A DNA stretch of 64,000 bases, taken from contig CAZAJO010000001.1 in the NCBI GenBank assembly GCA_964485575.1, positions 59,602 through 123,601 of the forward strand, written 5' to 3'. Position numbers and translations under genes: made by a program. Source of the stretch: an uncultured Gammaproteobacteria bacterium. Lineage in GTDB: Bacteria > Patescibacteriota > Microgenomatia > Levybacterales > GWA1-39-11. Of this stretch, positions 20,307 through 30,193 are shown piece after piece (position 1 is the stretch's first letter; each line of letters begins with the position of its first letter). The notes below the pieces were generated by a model. It was not told the DNA's origin. It was given only the letters and a program-made list of their open reading frames with translations, and made no database searches.

Positions 20307-20836
20307 TTAAATTCTCAATTCTCCAGAAAAACCAAAATGGCTTCGTTTATTCAAAGAAGCGGAATGGCTTTACCCTTGTCGAACTTCTTATTTATATGGG
20401 ACTTCTCACAGTATTAATCCTCATATTTACTGATATATTCACCTCAATAATTGACAATCAGTTAAGCTCAAGAAACACATCTAACGTCGCTGACGACGGT
20501 CGGTATATCTACTCCCGGTTCATCTACGACGTGGGTCGTGCCCAAGCAATCACACAACCTGCAACCTATGGTAGTTCATCTGCAGTTCTTGATTTAACAA
20601 TCGGTGGACAAAATTATAGTTACTCACTGCTAAACAACAACCTGGTCGTGACAAGTCCAGGAGGATCATATGCACTAAATGGCTATGGATCATCAATATC
20701 GGGATTGCTTTTTACAAAAGTCGGAACCACAAGTGCTAAAAGCACTGTGCAGATTAATTTCACGGTAAAAGGAGTAGTAAGAAGTAGAGGGATTGACGAT
20801 CAGCAGATTTTCCAGACGACAGCCGGACTAAGATGA
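20303..20836 (+). CDS. Minor type IV pilin (PilW/GspJ-like)
   Basis: KKRNG/FTLVELLIYMGL. Confidence 0.85.
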   Translation: MIKFSILQKNQNGFVYSKKRNGFTLVELLIYMGLLTVLILIFTDIFTSIIDNQLSSRNTSNVADDGRYIYSRFIYDVGRAQAITQPATYGSSSAVLDLTIGGQNYSYSLLNNNLVVTSPGGSYALNGYGSSISGLLFTKVGTTSAKSTVQINFTVKGVVRSRGIDDQQIFQTTAGLR

Positions 20837-21216
20837 AAAATTTATTTAAAAATCAACAAGGTCAAACACTCATAATACTTCTGATCTACATGGTTATTGC
20901 AATCATTGTAACGACCGCATCAATTGCTCTTGTGATCAATAGTTCACGAGGCACTGATAAGGTCTATCAAGGGGCAAACTCCTTAGATATTGCAGAAAGT
21001 GGAGCCGAAACTGCTATGATTAAACTATTAAGAGATCCCAACTACATTGGCGAGACAGTAACAGTCGGGAATGGACAGGCAGTCATAACTGTAACAGGGA
21101 CCAATCCAAAAATAATTGTCTCGAAAGGAACTCTCAATAATTTTACAAGAACAATTCAAGTGATTGTTGATACCAGTAATAATGTCTTGACAGCTACATC
21201 CTGGAAAGAAATTTGA
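20833..21216 (+). CDS. Minor pilin, PilX/GspK-like
   Basis: QQG/QTLIILL (no E5), AESGAETAM motif and C-terminal SWKEI. Confidence 0.82.
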   Translation: MKNLFKNQQGQTLIILLIYMVIAIIVTTASIALVINSSRGTDKVYQGANSLDIAESGAETAMIKLLRDPNYIGETVTVGNGQAVITVTGTNPKIIVSKGTLNNFTRTIQVIVDTSNNVLTATSWKEI

Positions 21217-21217
21217 T

Positions 21218-21910
21218 ATGGAAAATACGAAAAAACAACCTGCGATACTCTATCTTGATAAGAATGGGTTCTACTTCTATGAAGAGGGACTTCCCGGTGT
21301 CATAAGTCTGGCATTTCTTGCGACATCCGTAAGAGATATGGATGTTATAAATGGTGCATCCATTATGACTCAGGTAAAATCATTCATTGACCAGTATAAG
21401 ATACCCCTTGGGGTAATAAACATCATTGTTTCACCAAACATCACTTTCGAGAAAGATTTTGTGGATCTGACCTCAGATGCTTTGGAAGAAAAAACAAAAA
21501 ATTTTGTTGATACTATACCTTTTGAGAGTGTCATGAGTAAAAAATACCCAATTGAAAAAGGTGTAAAAGTTATCGGTTGGAATGAAGAACTCTATCTAGA
21601 ACTTAAGATGAGTTTTGAAAAAAATTCATTTGTCATAGACCAAGTAATACCCTATCAACTTTTAGGGTCTGACCAAGCCCTTATTCAAAATTTTACTCAA
21701 GAAAATGCAGCACAATTACTAAGACGCGTTGACCACCTTAAGCAATTTACTATGCTTACTGTTCCAAAAGAAAAACCACAAGTAACTCAAAATGCTGATG
21801 ATAAAAAATCATCAAAACCAAAACAGAGCAAAACTCGTCTGTATGTCATGGGTGGTATTTTTGTGATTCTTTTCATAATTCTTGGATATATGCTTCTCAA
21901 TCAAAAATAG
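21218..21910 (+). CDS. PilM/GspL-like cytoplasmic-domain protein with C-terminal TM anchor
   Basis: Position in the pilus operon; VRDMDVIN and IPF segments recall the PilM N-terminal half; basic linker then a C-terminal TM helix. Confidence 0.5.
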   Translation: MENTKKQPAILYLDKNGFYFYEEGLPGVISLAFLATSVRDMDVINGASIMTQVKSFIDQYKIPLGVINIIVSPNITFEKDFVDLTSDALEEKTKNFVDTIPFESVMSKKYPIEKGVKVIGWNEELYLELKMSFEKNSFVIDQVIPYQLLGSDQALIQNFTQENAAQLLRRVDHLKQFTMLTVPKEKPQVTQNADDKKSSKPKQSKTRLYVMGGIFVILFIILGYMLLNQK

Positions 21911-21980
21911 ATTTTGATATATTCAGCTTCAAAATACCCTATTGACAAGATTTTTTGGATGTGATTAAGTGATTATAGAT

Positions 21981-22463
21981 ATGAAAACTGCCCAGTTGAA
22001 AAATCAAAAAGGTTTCACTCTCATCGAGTTACTCGTAGTTATTGGTATCCTCGCAGTTCTTCTTGCAATCACTCTTATCGCTATCAATCCAGCAAGACAA
22101 TTTGCTCAAGCAAATAACACAAAAAGATCATCTGATGTCAATGCAATCCTTAATGCTGTTGGACAATATGCAGCCGACAATCACGGGTCTCTTCCAGCTG
22201 GTCTAACTAATAATTGTTCATCGGCTACTTGTAGTATTACAGGAGTTGTAGCTTCAGGAAACATCGACTTATGTCCAGCCCTTGTAACTTCTTATCTTGC
22301 TGCACTTCCCGTAGATCCACAAACAAATAATGGAACACCAGTATCAACTTGCGATAATACATACGCAACAGGTTATACTATTCAAGTCAGTTCAGCAGAT
22401 AACAGAGTGACGGTTGCAGCTCCTAATGCTGAGCTTAGTCAAACAATAACTGTAACAAGATAG
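21981..22463 (+). CDS. Type IV pilin, probable major pilin
   Basis: QKG/FTLIELLVVIGILAVLLAITLIAINP, YLAALPVDP and four Cys; TTGACA at 21942 upstream. Confidence 0.9.
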   Translation: MKTAQLKNQKGFTLIELLVVIGILAVLLAITLIAINPARQFAQANNTKRSSDVNAILNAVGQYAADNHGSLPAGLTNNCSSATCSITGVVASGNIDLCPALVTSYLAALPVDPQTNNGTPVSTCDNTYATGYTIQVSSADNRVTVAAPNAELSQTITVTR

Positions 22464-22470
22464 TTTCTTT

Positions 22471-23604
22471 GTGAAAATACCCCATCGTTCTTTTAGACTT
22501 TTTTTTCGACTTAAAAAATTCTTTGTTTTATTTATTAGCTTTTTTCTTTTCTTAAGCATGTCGGCTATCGCACTTGCTGCTGCCTCATGGACAAATTCGG
22601 GAATGTTACAGGTTGACCATCATACACATACAGCTCACGTGCTGCAGTACAACGGCAAGGTGCTTTTAATAGGAGGGACTTTTAATAATAATCCGACAAA
22701 CAAAACGGAACTATATAACCCAGCAACGGGCACTTGGTCATTGTCTGGTAACATGGCGAATTGCAGATATCTTCACACTTCTCACTTGGTTTCAGTAAGT
22801 GGAGTTCAAAAAGTACTTGCAATTGGTGGAGTAACTTGTAGCGGGATTACCAATACTGCTGAATTATATAGTACAGCTTCAGCTACATGGTCCTCGGCTG
22901 CTAATATGAATGAAAAAAGGGCGGCTCATGCAAGTGTTCTATTGAATGATGGTACAGTTTTTGTTATGGGCGGAGACAAGGGATTTGGAGTCGCCACTCC
23001 TTCATCTGAAATATATAATCCAGCAACAAATGCTTGGACAGTGAAGGCACCTATGTCAGTTGCAAGAAAATACCACGCTGCAACTATCTTGCAAGATGGT
23101 AAGGTATTTGTAGCGGGAGGAATAAGTACTTCCTCTGCAATTGCATCAACTGAAATTTATGATCCATCAAATAATACTTGGGCAAACGGACCAACTATGA
23201 CGTATGCTCGCACAGGACACACGCTAACATTACTTCCCGATGGAAGAGTTCTAATAGTAGGAGGTGCTGGAACTGCAGCTACAATTCCTGAAATTTATGA
23301 TCCAAGCCTTGGAAGCATAACTAACGCTGCGACTTTAAATTATGGAAGAATACAACATGCAGCATCGCTTGTAACCTTAAGCAATGGATCCATAAATGTA
23401 CTTGTATCAGGCACAACTGGAACTGACAGAAACAAGGCAGAACTCTATGATTATATAAATGATACTTGGACCGTAACAACAAATCTAAATACAGGGAGGT
23501 CAAATCATTCCTCTACTGTACTTAATGACGGAACGGTTCTAGTAGCTGGCGGTGTTGGGTCACTGGGAGGACTAAAAAATACTGAATACTATACAGCTCC
23601 TTAG
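22471..23604 (+). CDS. Secreted Kelch-repeat (galactose-oxidase-like) beta-propeller protein
   Basis: Signal peptide, then repeated R-x-x-H...L-x-DG-x-V-x-x-x-GG...EIY-x-P...W units. Confidence 0.9.
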   Translation: MKIPHRSFRLFFRLKKFFVLFISFFLFLSMSAIALAAASWTNSGMLQVDHHTHTAHVLQYNGKVLLIGGTFNNNPTNKTELYNPATGTWSLSGNMANCRYLHTSHLVSVSGVQKVLAIGGVTCSGITNTAELYSTASATWSSAANMNEKRAAHASVLLNDGTVFVMGGDKGFGVATPSSEIYNPATNAWTVKAPMSVARKYHAATILQDGKVFVAGGISTSSAIASTEIYDPSNNTWANGPTMTYARTGHTLTLLPDGRVLIVGGAGTAATIPEIYDPSLGSITNAATLNYGRIQHAASLVTLSNGSINVLVSGTTGTDRNKAELYDYINDTWTVTTNLNTGRSNHSSTVLNDGTVLVAGGVGSLGGLKNTEYYTAP

Positions 23605-23614
23605 TAAATAATAC

Positions 23615-24478
23615 TTAGAACCAATGCTTTTTCTTAGATTCTTTTTCAAAATCCTCTAACAATTCTTTTTGTTTGGAAGAAAGCTTTGATGGAATTTCTA
23701 CTTGAACTCTAACATAATGATCACCATATTGAGAATTGTTAACATGCTTTACACCTTTCCCTTTTATCCTTATAAGTGTTTCCGGTTGCGTTCCTTGTGG
23801 GATTTTCAACTTTACTTTACCATTAACTGTTTCAACTTCGTAAATAGATCCCAGGGTAGCATCCACCATTGAAATTTTAAGCTCGGTCACAATATCATAT
23901 CCTTCCCTATGAAATTTATTGCTTTGTGCAACTGAAATTATAATATCAAAGTCTGAAAATTGTATTCGTGAGCCTTCATTTACACCGGCTGGAACTTTAA
24001 TATCTCTTTTTTTTCCGTCTAATGAAACTGATTTTGTAGCACCTTTAACCGCTTCCATAAAATCAATTCTCAAGGAGTAAGATGGTTTACGTCTACCAAA
24101 TGGCGATCCTCCCCCACCAAAAAATTGTTCAAATATATCAAATGGATCTGAGAAACCACCAAAATCCTGGGGATTTCCGGAATACGTATAAGTGAATGGT
24201 CCTTGCTGTCCACCAAATCCACCAAATGGCCCACCACCGGTATTACCACGTCCACCATTCTCAAATGCAGCACTTCCAAATTGGTCATACTGCTTCCTTT
24301 TTTGCTCATTTCCCAATATCTCGTATGCTTGATTAATCTCCTTGAATTTCTCTTCAGCTTCTTTGGACTTGTTTTTGTCGGGATGATACTGCAATGCTAA
24401 CTTTCTATATGCAGATTTTAATTCGGAAGCAGTTGCAGACTTGCTTACTCCCAAAACTTTGTACAAATCGTTTGACAT
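23615..24478 (-). CDS. dnaJ: DnaJ-class co-chaperone lacking the zinc finger (class B / CbpA-like)
   Basis: J domain with HPD, a G/F-rich region and C-terminal domain; no CxxCxGxG repeats. Confidence 0.9.
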   Translation of the reverse strand: MSNDLYKVLGVSKSATASELKSAYRKLALQYHPDKNKSKEAEEKFKEINQAYEILGNEQKRKQYDQFGSAAFENGGRGNTGGGPFGGFGGQQGPFTYTYSGNPQDFGGFSDPFDIFEQFFGGGGSPFGRRKPSYSLRIDFMEAVKGATKSVSLDGKKRDIKVPAGVNEGSRIQFSDFDIIISVAQSNKFHREGYDIVTELKISMVDATLGSIYEVETVNGKVKLKIPQGTQPETLIRIKGKGVKHVNNSQYGDHYVRVQVEIPSKLSSKQKELLEDFEKESKKKHWF

Positions 24479-24489
24479 ATTTATATATT

Positions 24490-24516
24490 TTAGCAGTTTA
24501 TAGCCTCAATTGCCAG
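24490..24516 (-). promoter_or_regulatory. Degenerate CIRCE (HrcA operator) upstream of dnaJ
   Basis: Minus strand CTGGCAATT-N9-AACTGCTAA versus consensus TTAGCACTC-N9-GAGTGCTAA. Confidence 0.55.
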
Positions 24517-24526
24517 ATTCAACTTT

Positions 24527-26815
24527 TCATTGTGGAGTACATTTAAGAGGGCACAATTGAATCTTTTTTCCAGATGCCACGCAGGCCGGATCTGGTACAC
24601 ACGTATAATATTGCTCTGGTGTTGGAGTTGGAGTACCAAGAGGTTCGAATTTACCACTCCCCCCTGGCACCGTTGTCGTTGTTGGGACAAGAGTCGGGGT
24701 TGGGGTTGGAGTGATAACGGTAGGTTGCAATATGACTGGGGTTGGTGTTGTTTGAAGGGGATTTAGAGCAATAAATAATTTCATCGTTGTTGATGAACTA
24801 CTTGGAATTGTGAAAGTTCCTTGTCCGACAATCGCACCTGCTACTCTCGCAACTATTGTGTATCCTCCCGAAGGTACATTGTGAAAAGCAAAATTACCAG
24901 AAGAGTCGGTCGTCGCGCTCGTATTCAAAGCGCCAGAAAGTGTAATTTGTGCTCCAGAAAATCCAGATTCGCCTGGATCGAAAACAGAATTACTATTCGA
25001 GTCAGTGTACACAGTCCCAATAATCTCATTTATGATTACTCCTGGAGTTGATCCACCTCCTGGATTTGAACCACCAGGCGTTGGATTAGTCGTCACTGTT
25101 GGGGTGATAGAAGATGTTGGATTTGGTGAAGGACTACCTGATGTTGCACATGTTGCAGGTTGTAAGGTAGCACCAGAACATGTTGGACTCGATGAAGATC
25201 CCTGGGGCTGTTGATCAATGAGCGTTGCCTGCATGGCGCGGTTCACATTATCACACTCTGACGATGAGGAACCATAAATATCATTGCATGCTTGCAAAAA
25301 AGTAGTATATGCTTCTTTGAAATTTGAAGTTGGTGAAAGATATTTAGTAAGAGCCATATATATAATTGGGTGACTTTTTATTCTTCCAATCCCACTCATC
25401 GTGCATCCATTAAAACTACCACCATCTGTCATAAGATAAAACGCTTTATTTATTATTCCACTATTTGAATGCACTCCACCTTTATCAGCCGGGCCACAAG
25501 TATAGGATGATAATTTGTCGGGCTGGTTTCTTGATGGAGGATTGCTCATTGATCTTAACGGAACTGGAAGACCTGCTGAGGCTGGGATTCCCTCTCCCAT
25601 GGTCCAGTTATTATCCATAACACTTCCAAAAATATCTGACACTGCCTCATTAAGAGCACCTGACTCATTTGAATAAATGAGTCCTGCTGTGCTACCTGTC
25701 AAAGCATGTGCCAATTCATGCCCAGTTACATCTAGGGTAACAAGTCCAGTGCAAAAGACCATCTCTCTTCCGTTCCATTGGGCATTAGGGCATGAGTTTG
25801 CTGGAGCACTTCCCCCACCACTATTAGCTGGCACATGAACATACCCATTATATGGAGCTCCAGAATTATCATAGCTATCTCTTCCATAGTTTAATTTAAA
25901 ATAATCATAGACAGTGTAAAAATAGCTATATAAATTGTCAGCTTCAGCATCTCCAGAAGAGGGGCTTCCCTCTGATCTAGCTTTTGAGCATGTTGTGCTT
26001 CCATTGCAATTGTAAACATTTCGATTGAGTAAGTCTCGAGTTTGAGACTCAGAGTACAATAGCTTTCCATCACTGAGACTTATTATGTATTCAGTCCTAA
26101 AAATGATAGGCGATCCTTTCGACCTTATCATAACTTTTAGTGCTATTTGATTTTTTGGATTATCCGAAATACCTAAAAGCTGCTCATTTATATATATTTT
26201 CTTAGTTTCTTCTATTTCTAGCTGTGACGTTCTACTTTCATTTTTTGCTAGATCAAATGCTATCTGAACAGCCTTTGTCTCCTGGATAATTTGAGAGGTA
26301 ACATCCTTTGCTGAGGAGACATTTCCACTAGTGGAATATACTTCGTTACCGTTTTTTATATGGACTACTGCAGAGGCTTTATAGATAGGAACGCCATTTA
26401 AAGATTGGTCAAAGAAATAATGTTCATTGTTGATTGATATTCCATTTTTTTGAAGATAACTGTCATTTTTATCCTCGATCTGTCGGGTAGTAGTCGCATT
26501 TTGTAAGAATCCTTCAGGAAAGAGAGGCCCTGAATTTCCGATTGAAGGATTTTTTTCTAGAAATTCTTTGGCGGCATCCAAACCCTTTTTATTTGACTTA
26601 TAAAGATATTTGTTTGTTGTATTTATCGAAAACACGGTCCTTCCAGTGTCTCTTGTGACACTAGAGTAAGGAGTGATCTCAAGTTGGCTATTGGTATTTC
26701 CAATAAAATAAGCCGTCAAAAAACTCGTGGCAAAAACAGCAATAAGAATAATTACAATAGTCACTTTCCTGTGCTTCTTTGTAATCTTCGTGAATATTTT
26801 AAGATACTCTCTCAT
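24527..26815 (-). CDS. M4 (thermolysin-family) metallopeptidase, N-terminally anchored, with SdrD-B-like domain and Cys-rich tail
   Basis: NAQWNG, DVTGHELAHA, SGALNEAVSDIFG, GGVHSNSGIINKAFY; then GTVYTDSNSNSVFDPGE. Confidence 0.93.
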   Translation of the reverse strand: MREYLKIFTKITKKHRKVTIVIILIAVFATSFLTAYFIGNTNSQLEITPYSSVTRDTGRTVFSINTTNKYLYKSNKKGLDAAKEFLEKNPSIGNSGPLFPEGFLQNATTTRQIEDKNDSYLQKNGISINNEHYFFDQSLNGVPIYKASAVVHIKNGNEVYSTSGNVSSAKDVTSQIIQETKAVQIAFDLAKNESRTSQLEIEETKKIYINEQLLGISDNPKNQIALKVMIRSKGSPIIFRTEYIISLSDGKLLYSESQTRDLLNRNVYNCNGSTTCSKARSEGSPSSGDAEADNLYSYFYTVYDYFKLNYGRDSYDNSGAPYNGYVHVPANSGGGSAPANSCPNAQWNGREMVFCTGLVTLDVTGHELAHALTGSTAGLIYSNESGALNEAVSDIFGSVMDNNWTMGEGIPASAGLPVPLRSMSNPPSRNQPDKLSSYTCGPADKGGVHSNSGIINKAFYLMTDGGSFNGCTMSGIGRIKSHPIIYMALTKYLSPTSNFKEAYTTFLQACNDIYGSSSSECDNVNRAMQATLIDQQPQGSSSSPTCSGATLQPATCATSGSPSPNPTSSITPTVTTNPTPGGSNPGGGSTPGVIINEIIGTVYTDSNSNSVFDPGESGFSGAQITLSGALNTSATTDSSGNFAFHNVPSGGYTIVARVAGAIVGQGTFTIPSSSSTTMKLFIALNPLQTTPTPVILQPTVITPTPTPTLVPTTTTVPGGSGKFEPLGTPTPTPEQYYTCVPDPACVASGKKIQLCPLKCTPQ

Positions 26816-27336
26816 TGCTTTGTGATTGATACCTGAGCGGTTGAGTCGGTAGAATTTTCAAGAGATACTTCCAATCCATGCTCAACTATCTTATCTGTAC
26901 ATATCCCAGCAATTCCTCCGCATGAATAGCTTAAAATTTTCCTTATATCATCTTTTACTAAAGCAAGGTCAGTTGTTGTTATGCAATCAAAACATTTGGG
27001 ATTTGGTAATGATGCCCCTACATACTCAATTGTTATATTTGTCGTTGGGATTGTTACAATTTTTCCTTTGGTAAGAGTCATTTTAATAGGAGCAGCAGAT
27101 GGAATTGTAGGAACTGGCGTTATTACCGTTGTTTTAACACCGGGAGTAACAGTCGGGACCACATTCGAATTATTCGTAAAAACAAAAAATGCTCCAATTA
27201 TCATAATCAAAACAATTGAAACAACTATTAACCAAATAATTATTTTTGACTTACCTTGCTTGGTCGGATCAAACGGGACTGGCTGAGGAGCAACAACAGG
27301 AGTTGGTTGATTAGTATCGGACACGTTATTTTCCAT
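26812..27336 (-). CDS. Single-pass membrane protein with TP linker and Cys-containing extracellular domain
   Basis: One TM helix; CFDC and CGGIAGIC; ATGA overlap with the M4 peptidase gene. Confidence 0.75.
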   Translation of the reverse strand: MENNVSDTNQPTPVVAPQPVPFDPTKQGKSKIIIWLIVVSIVLIMIIGAFFVFTNNSNVVPTVTPGVKTTVITPVPTIPSAAPIKMTLTKGKIVTIPTTNITIEYVGASLPNPKCFDCITTTDLALVKDDIRKILSYSCGGIAGICTDKIVEHGLEVSLENSTDSTAQVSITKQ

Positions 27337-27363
27337 AAATTATTATGTGTAACAAAGCTTGTC

Positions 27364-30168
27364 TTATTGAGTTGCAGTTGTTGGGTCAGGCTGCATTTGA
27401 GTGCCATCAGATCCTAAGGTTGGCATGGGATTTGAAGCAGTTGGCCCCACTCCATCAGCATTAAAAGGATTGAATGGCGGAGGAGTCATGGGATTTTGTA
27501 TGGGTGTATAGGGATCTACAATCATACTATTTGTAGCTGCTGGAGTAGGTTGAGCAACACCATTTGTTGGTGCAGGAGGAACTGGTGTTGTCCCATCAGG
27601 CGCAACTGGATTTGTTCCGGGAACAGCAGTGGAAGTTGCACTTTTAATAAATGTATACTCACCCTTTGCCATATCGTAATCAATTTTTACAGTATCTCCA
27701 ACTACAAACTTCTGTCCAATAATTTGAATACTTATTGGATTTTCAATAACATTTTGGATAAGTCGTCTCAATGGCCTTGCCCCGTAGACCGGATCAAATC
27801 CTTCGTCACCAAGCATTTCAAGCGCTTTGTCGCTTACCTCAAGATTGAACCCTTGCTCCTTCAATAACTTAGCTGTGTGTCCAATGTTGATTTTTGCAAT
27901 CAATTTCATATCTTGTTTTCTCAAAGGTTTGAAAATAACTACCCCGTCAAACCTGTTGACCAATTCGGGCCGGAAAAATTTCGTTAATTCATCCATGAGT
28001 TTTTTAGAAAGATCAGCAAATACTTTTTGCATATGAGGATCTTGATTGGCTACTTTTGGAACTGCAGCAACAGCTCCATTTGCACTAACGACAGAAGAAG
28101 ACGCTGCAACGGGGGCCGCTTGTGCAATCGGTGTTTCCGGAATTGGGACTTCGGTTGGAGCAGTTGGAACACCTGGTTGAGTATGTGGTGGTTGAGCGGT
28201 AGCTGTCTTTGCATTTACTAATGCTTCTTGAATAAGACCACTTCCTATATTAGATGTTGCTATTACTATCGTATTTTTGAATGAAATAGTATTACCTTTG
28301 TTGTCAGTGAGTCTCCCGTCCTCAAGCAGTTGCAGTAAAATATTAAATACATCCGGGTGTGCTTTTTCTACTTCATCTAATAAAACTATCGAGTATGGTT
28401 TTGCTCTAACCGCTTCAGTCAATTGTCCACCCTCTTCATATCCAACATATCCCGGAGGTGCACCTATTAATTTTGCAACTTCATGCTTTTCCATGTATTC
28501 AGACATATCAAGTCTAATCATTGCATCGTCTTTCCCAAATAATATTTCAGCCAAAGTTTTGGCAAGCTCAGTCTTTCCAACACCTGTTGGACCCAAGAAA
28601 ATAAAGGAAGCAATAGGTCTATTAGCACTAGCCAAACCAATTCTCCCCCGGCGAACTGCTTCTGAAACTGCAGATACAGCCTCTTCTTGATCAATAAGTC
28701 TCTTATGGATAAGTTCCTCAAGCTGCAATAATTTTTTACCTTCATCCTCAGTAAGTCTTGTTATAGGTATTCCTGTCCAATCAGAAACTACTTTTTCAAT
28801 GTCAGCTCTAGATACATTTGAATCTTGTCTTTGTCCTTCTGCTTTTTTCAACTTTACTTCAGCAGCTGCTTCATCTAATAAATCGATCGCTTTATCCGGA
28901 AGGTACCTTTCTCCTACATATTTTTTCGACAATGTGACTGAAAATTTAATGGCATCAGGAGTAAGTATCACCTCATGAAATTTCTCATATTTATCTTTAA
29001 GCACTTCAAGCATTTTCATAGCTGTTTCCTCATTCGGTTCATCAACTATTACAGATTGAAATCTGCGTTGAAATGCCTTATCTTTTTCAAAATATTTTCT
29101 ATATTCAGCTGTTGTTGTTGTACCAATAAGCTGCAATTGTCCGCGTGCAAGATAAGGTTTTATAATATTCGATGCATCCATAGCGCCTCCTCCTTCTTCA
29201 CCGGCACCAATTAATGTATGTATTTCATCAATAAACAATAATATTTTTCCTCCAGACACTTGTACTTCTTTAATAACATTTTTAAGTCTCTCTTCAAATT
29301 CACCACGATGTGAAGCACCGGCAATAAGGGCAGCTAAATCAAGCTGAATAATTTTTTTGTCTTTCAACTGATCTGGAACTGTTCCTGCAATTATTTTTTG
29401 AGCTAGCCCCTCAATAACAGCTGTCTTACCTACTCCTGCTTCTCCAATAATAATTGGGTTATTTTTAGTACGCCTCAACAGTATATGAACCAAGCGTTCA
29501 ATTTCTTTATCACGCCCAATAACTGGGTCCAACTTCCCGTCTTTCGCTTCATTGGTTAAATCAATCCCAAATTGTTCAAGAACTGATTTTTTTCCGGCTG
29601 CTTGAAAAGTAGGGTTTTTTGAAAGATTTTTTTCAAGTCCTTCTTTTTGTACACCTTTAGAGACTAAATACTGAGATGCAGTATCAGAATTAAATAATGA
29701 AAGCAAAATATCTTCAGGAGTAATAAAGCTCGATCCCCTATTTTTTGCCATTGTAAATGCATCATCGAAAATTTTCTGGGATGTTGGAGAAAGAACTGGT
29801 GGTCCATCGAAAGTTCCTGGGGTTTGTTTCTGTTGCAATTCGCGCGCTAAATCCCCTGCGTTTACGGTAAATTCTTGGAGTGTTTTATATATCTCTTTAT
29901 CGTATAAGAGTCCCAACAAAACAATGTCTGGTTCTATGAGGGCAAGTTTTGCTTTTTTGGCTTCATTTTGAGCTTGCTGAAGAACTTGATTTGCTCTCGC
30001 GTCCAGATGCGTTAGGCTTTCGACATTTTGTCTTTTCACCGGATCCATCCCAGCAGATTGAGTTGGACTTTCAACTACCTGTTGTGGTTGATTTGTATTT
30101 GGAGCTGCTTGATCACCAGGCACTTCTCCTTCTCCGTATTTTTTTGTACTAAATAGATTTCCAAACAT
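27364..30168 (-). CDS. ClpA/ClpC-like Hsp100 AAA+ ATPase without middle domain or IGF loop
   Basis: Clp N-domain repeats; D1 GEAGVGKT and LFIDEIH; D2 GPTGVGKT, GAPPGYVGY and LLDEVEKAH; Pro/Ala-rich insert and tail. Start likely ATG 30168. Confidence 0.92.
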   Translation of the reverse strand: MFGNLFSTKKYGEGEVPGDQAAPNTNQPQQVVESPTQSAGMDPVKRQNVESLTHLDARANQVLQQAQNEAKKAKLALIEPDIVLLGLLYDKEIYKTLQEFTVNAGDLARELQQKQTPGTFDGPPVLSPTSQKIFDDAFTMAKNRGSSFITPEDILLSLFNSDTASQYLVSKGVQKEGLEKNLSKNPTFQAAGKKSVLEQFGIDLTNEAKDGKLDPVIGRDKEIERLVHILLRRTKNNPIIIGEAGVGKTAVIEGLAQKIIAGTVPDQLKDKKIIQLDLAALIAGASHRGEFEERLKNVIKEVQVSGGKILLFIDEIHTLIGAGEEGGGAMDASNIIKPYLARGQLQLIGTTTTAEYRKYFEKDKAFQRRFQSVIVDEPNEETAMKMLEVLKDKYEKFHEVILTPDAIKFSVTLSKKYVGERYLPDKAIDLLDEAAAEVKLKKAEGQRQDSNVSRADIEKVVSDWTGIPITRLTEDEGKKLLQLEELIHKRLIDQEEAVSAVSEAVRRGRIGLASANRPIASFIFLGPTGVGKTELAKTLAEILFGKDDAMIRLDMSEYMEKHEVAKLIGAPPGYVGYEEGGQLTEAVRAKPYSIVLLDEVEKAHPDVFNILLQLLEDGRLTDNKGNTISFKNTIVIATSNIGSGLIQEALVNAKTATAQPPHTQPGVPTAPTEVPIPETPIAQAAPVAASSSVVSANGAVAAVPKVANQDPHMQKVFADLSKKLMDELTKFFRPELVNRFDGVVIFKPLRKQDMKLIAKINIGHTAKLLKEQGFNLEVSDKALEMLGDEGFDPVYGARPLRRLIQNVIENPISIQIIGQKFVVGDTVKIDYDMAKGEYTFIKSATSTAVPGTNPVAPDGTTPVPPAPTNGVAQPTPAATNSMIVDPYTPIQNPMTPPPFNPFNADGVGPTASNPMPTLGSDGTQMQPDPTTATQ

Positions 30169-30193
30169 ATTCAATTATATGCAGATATCTGCT

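Noticed and set aside
27364-30168. Calling this gene clpB because it sits near dnaK/dnaJ
   Set aside because: It has no coiled-coil middle domain, which defines ClpB.
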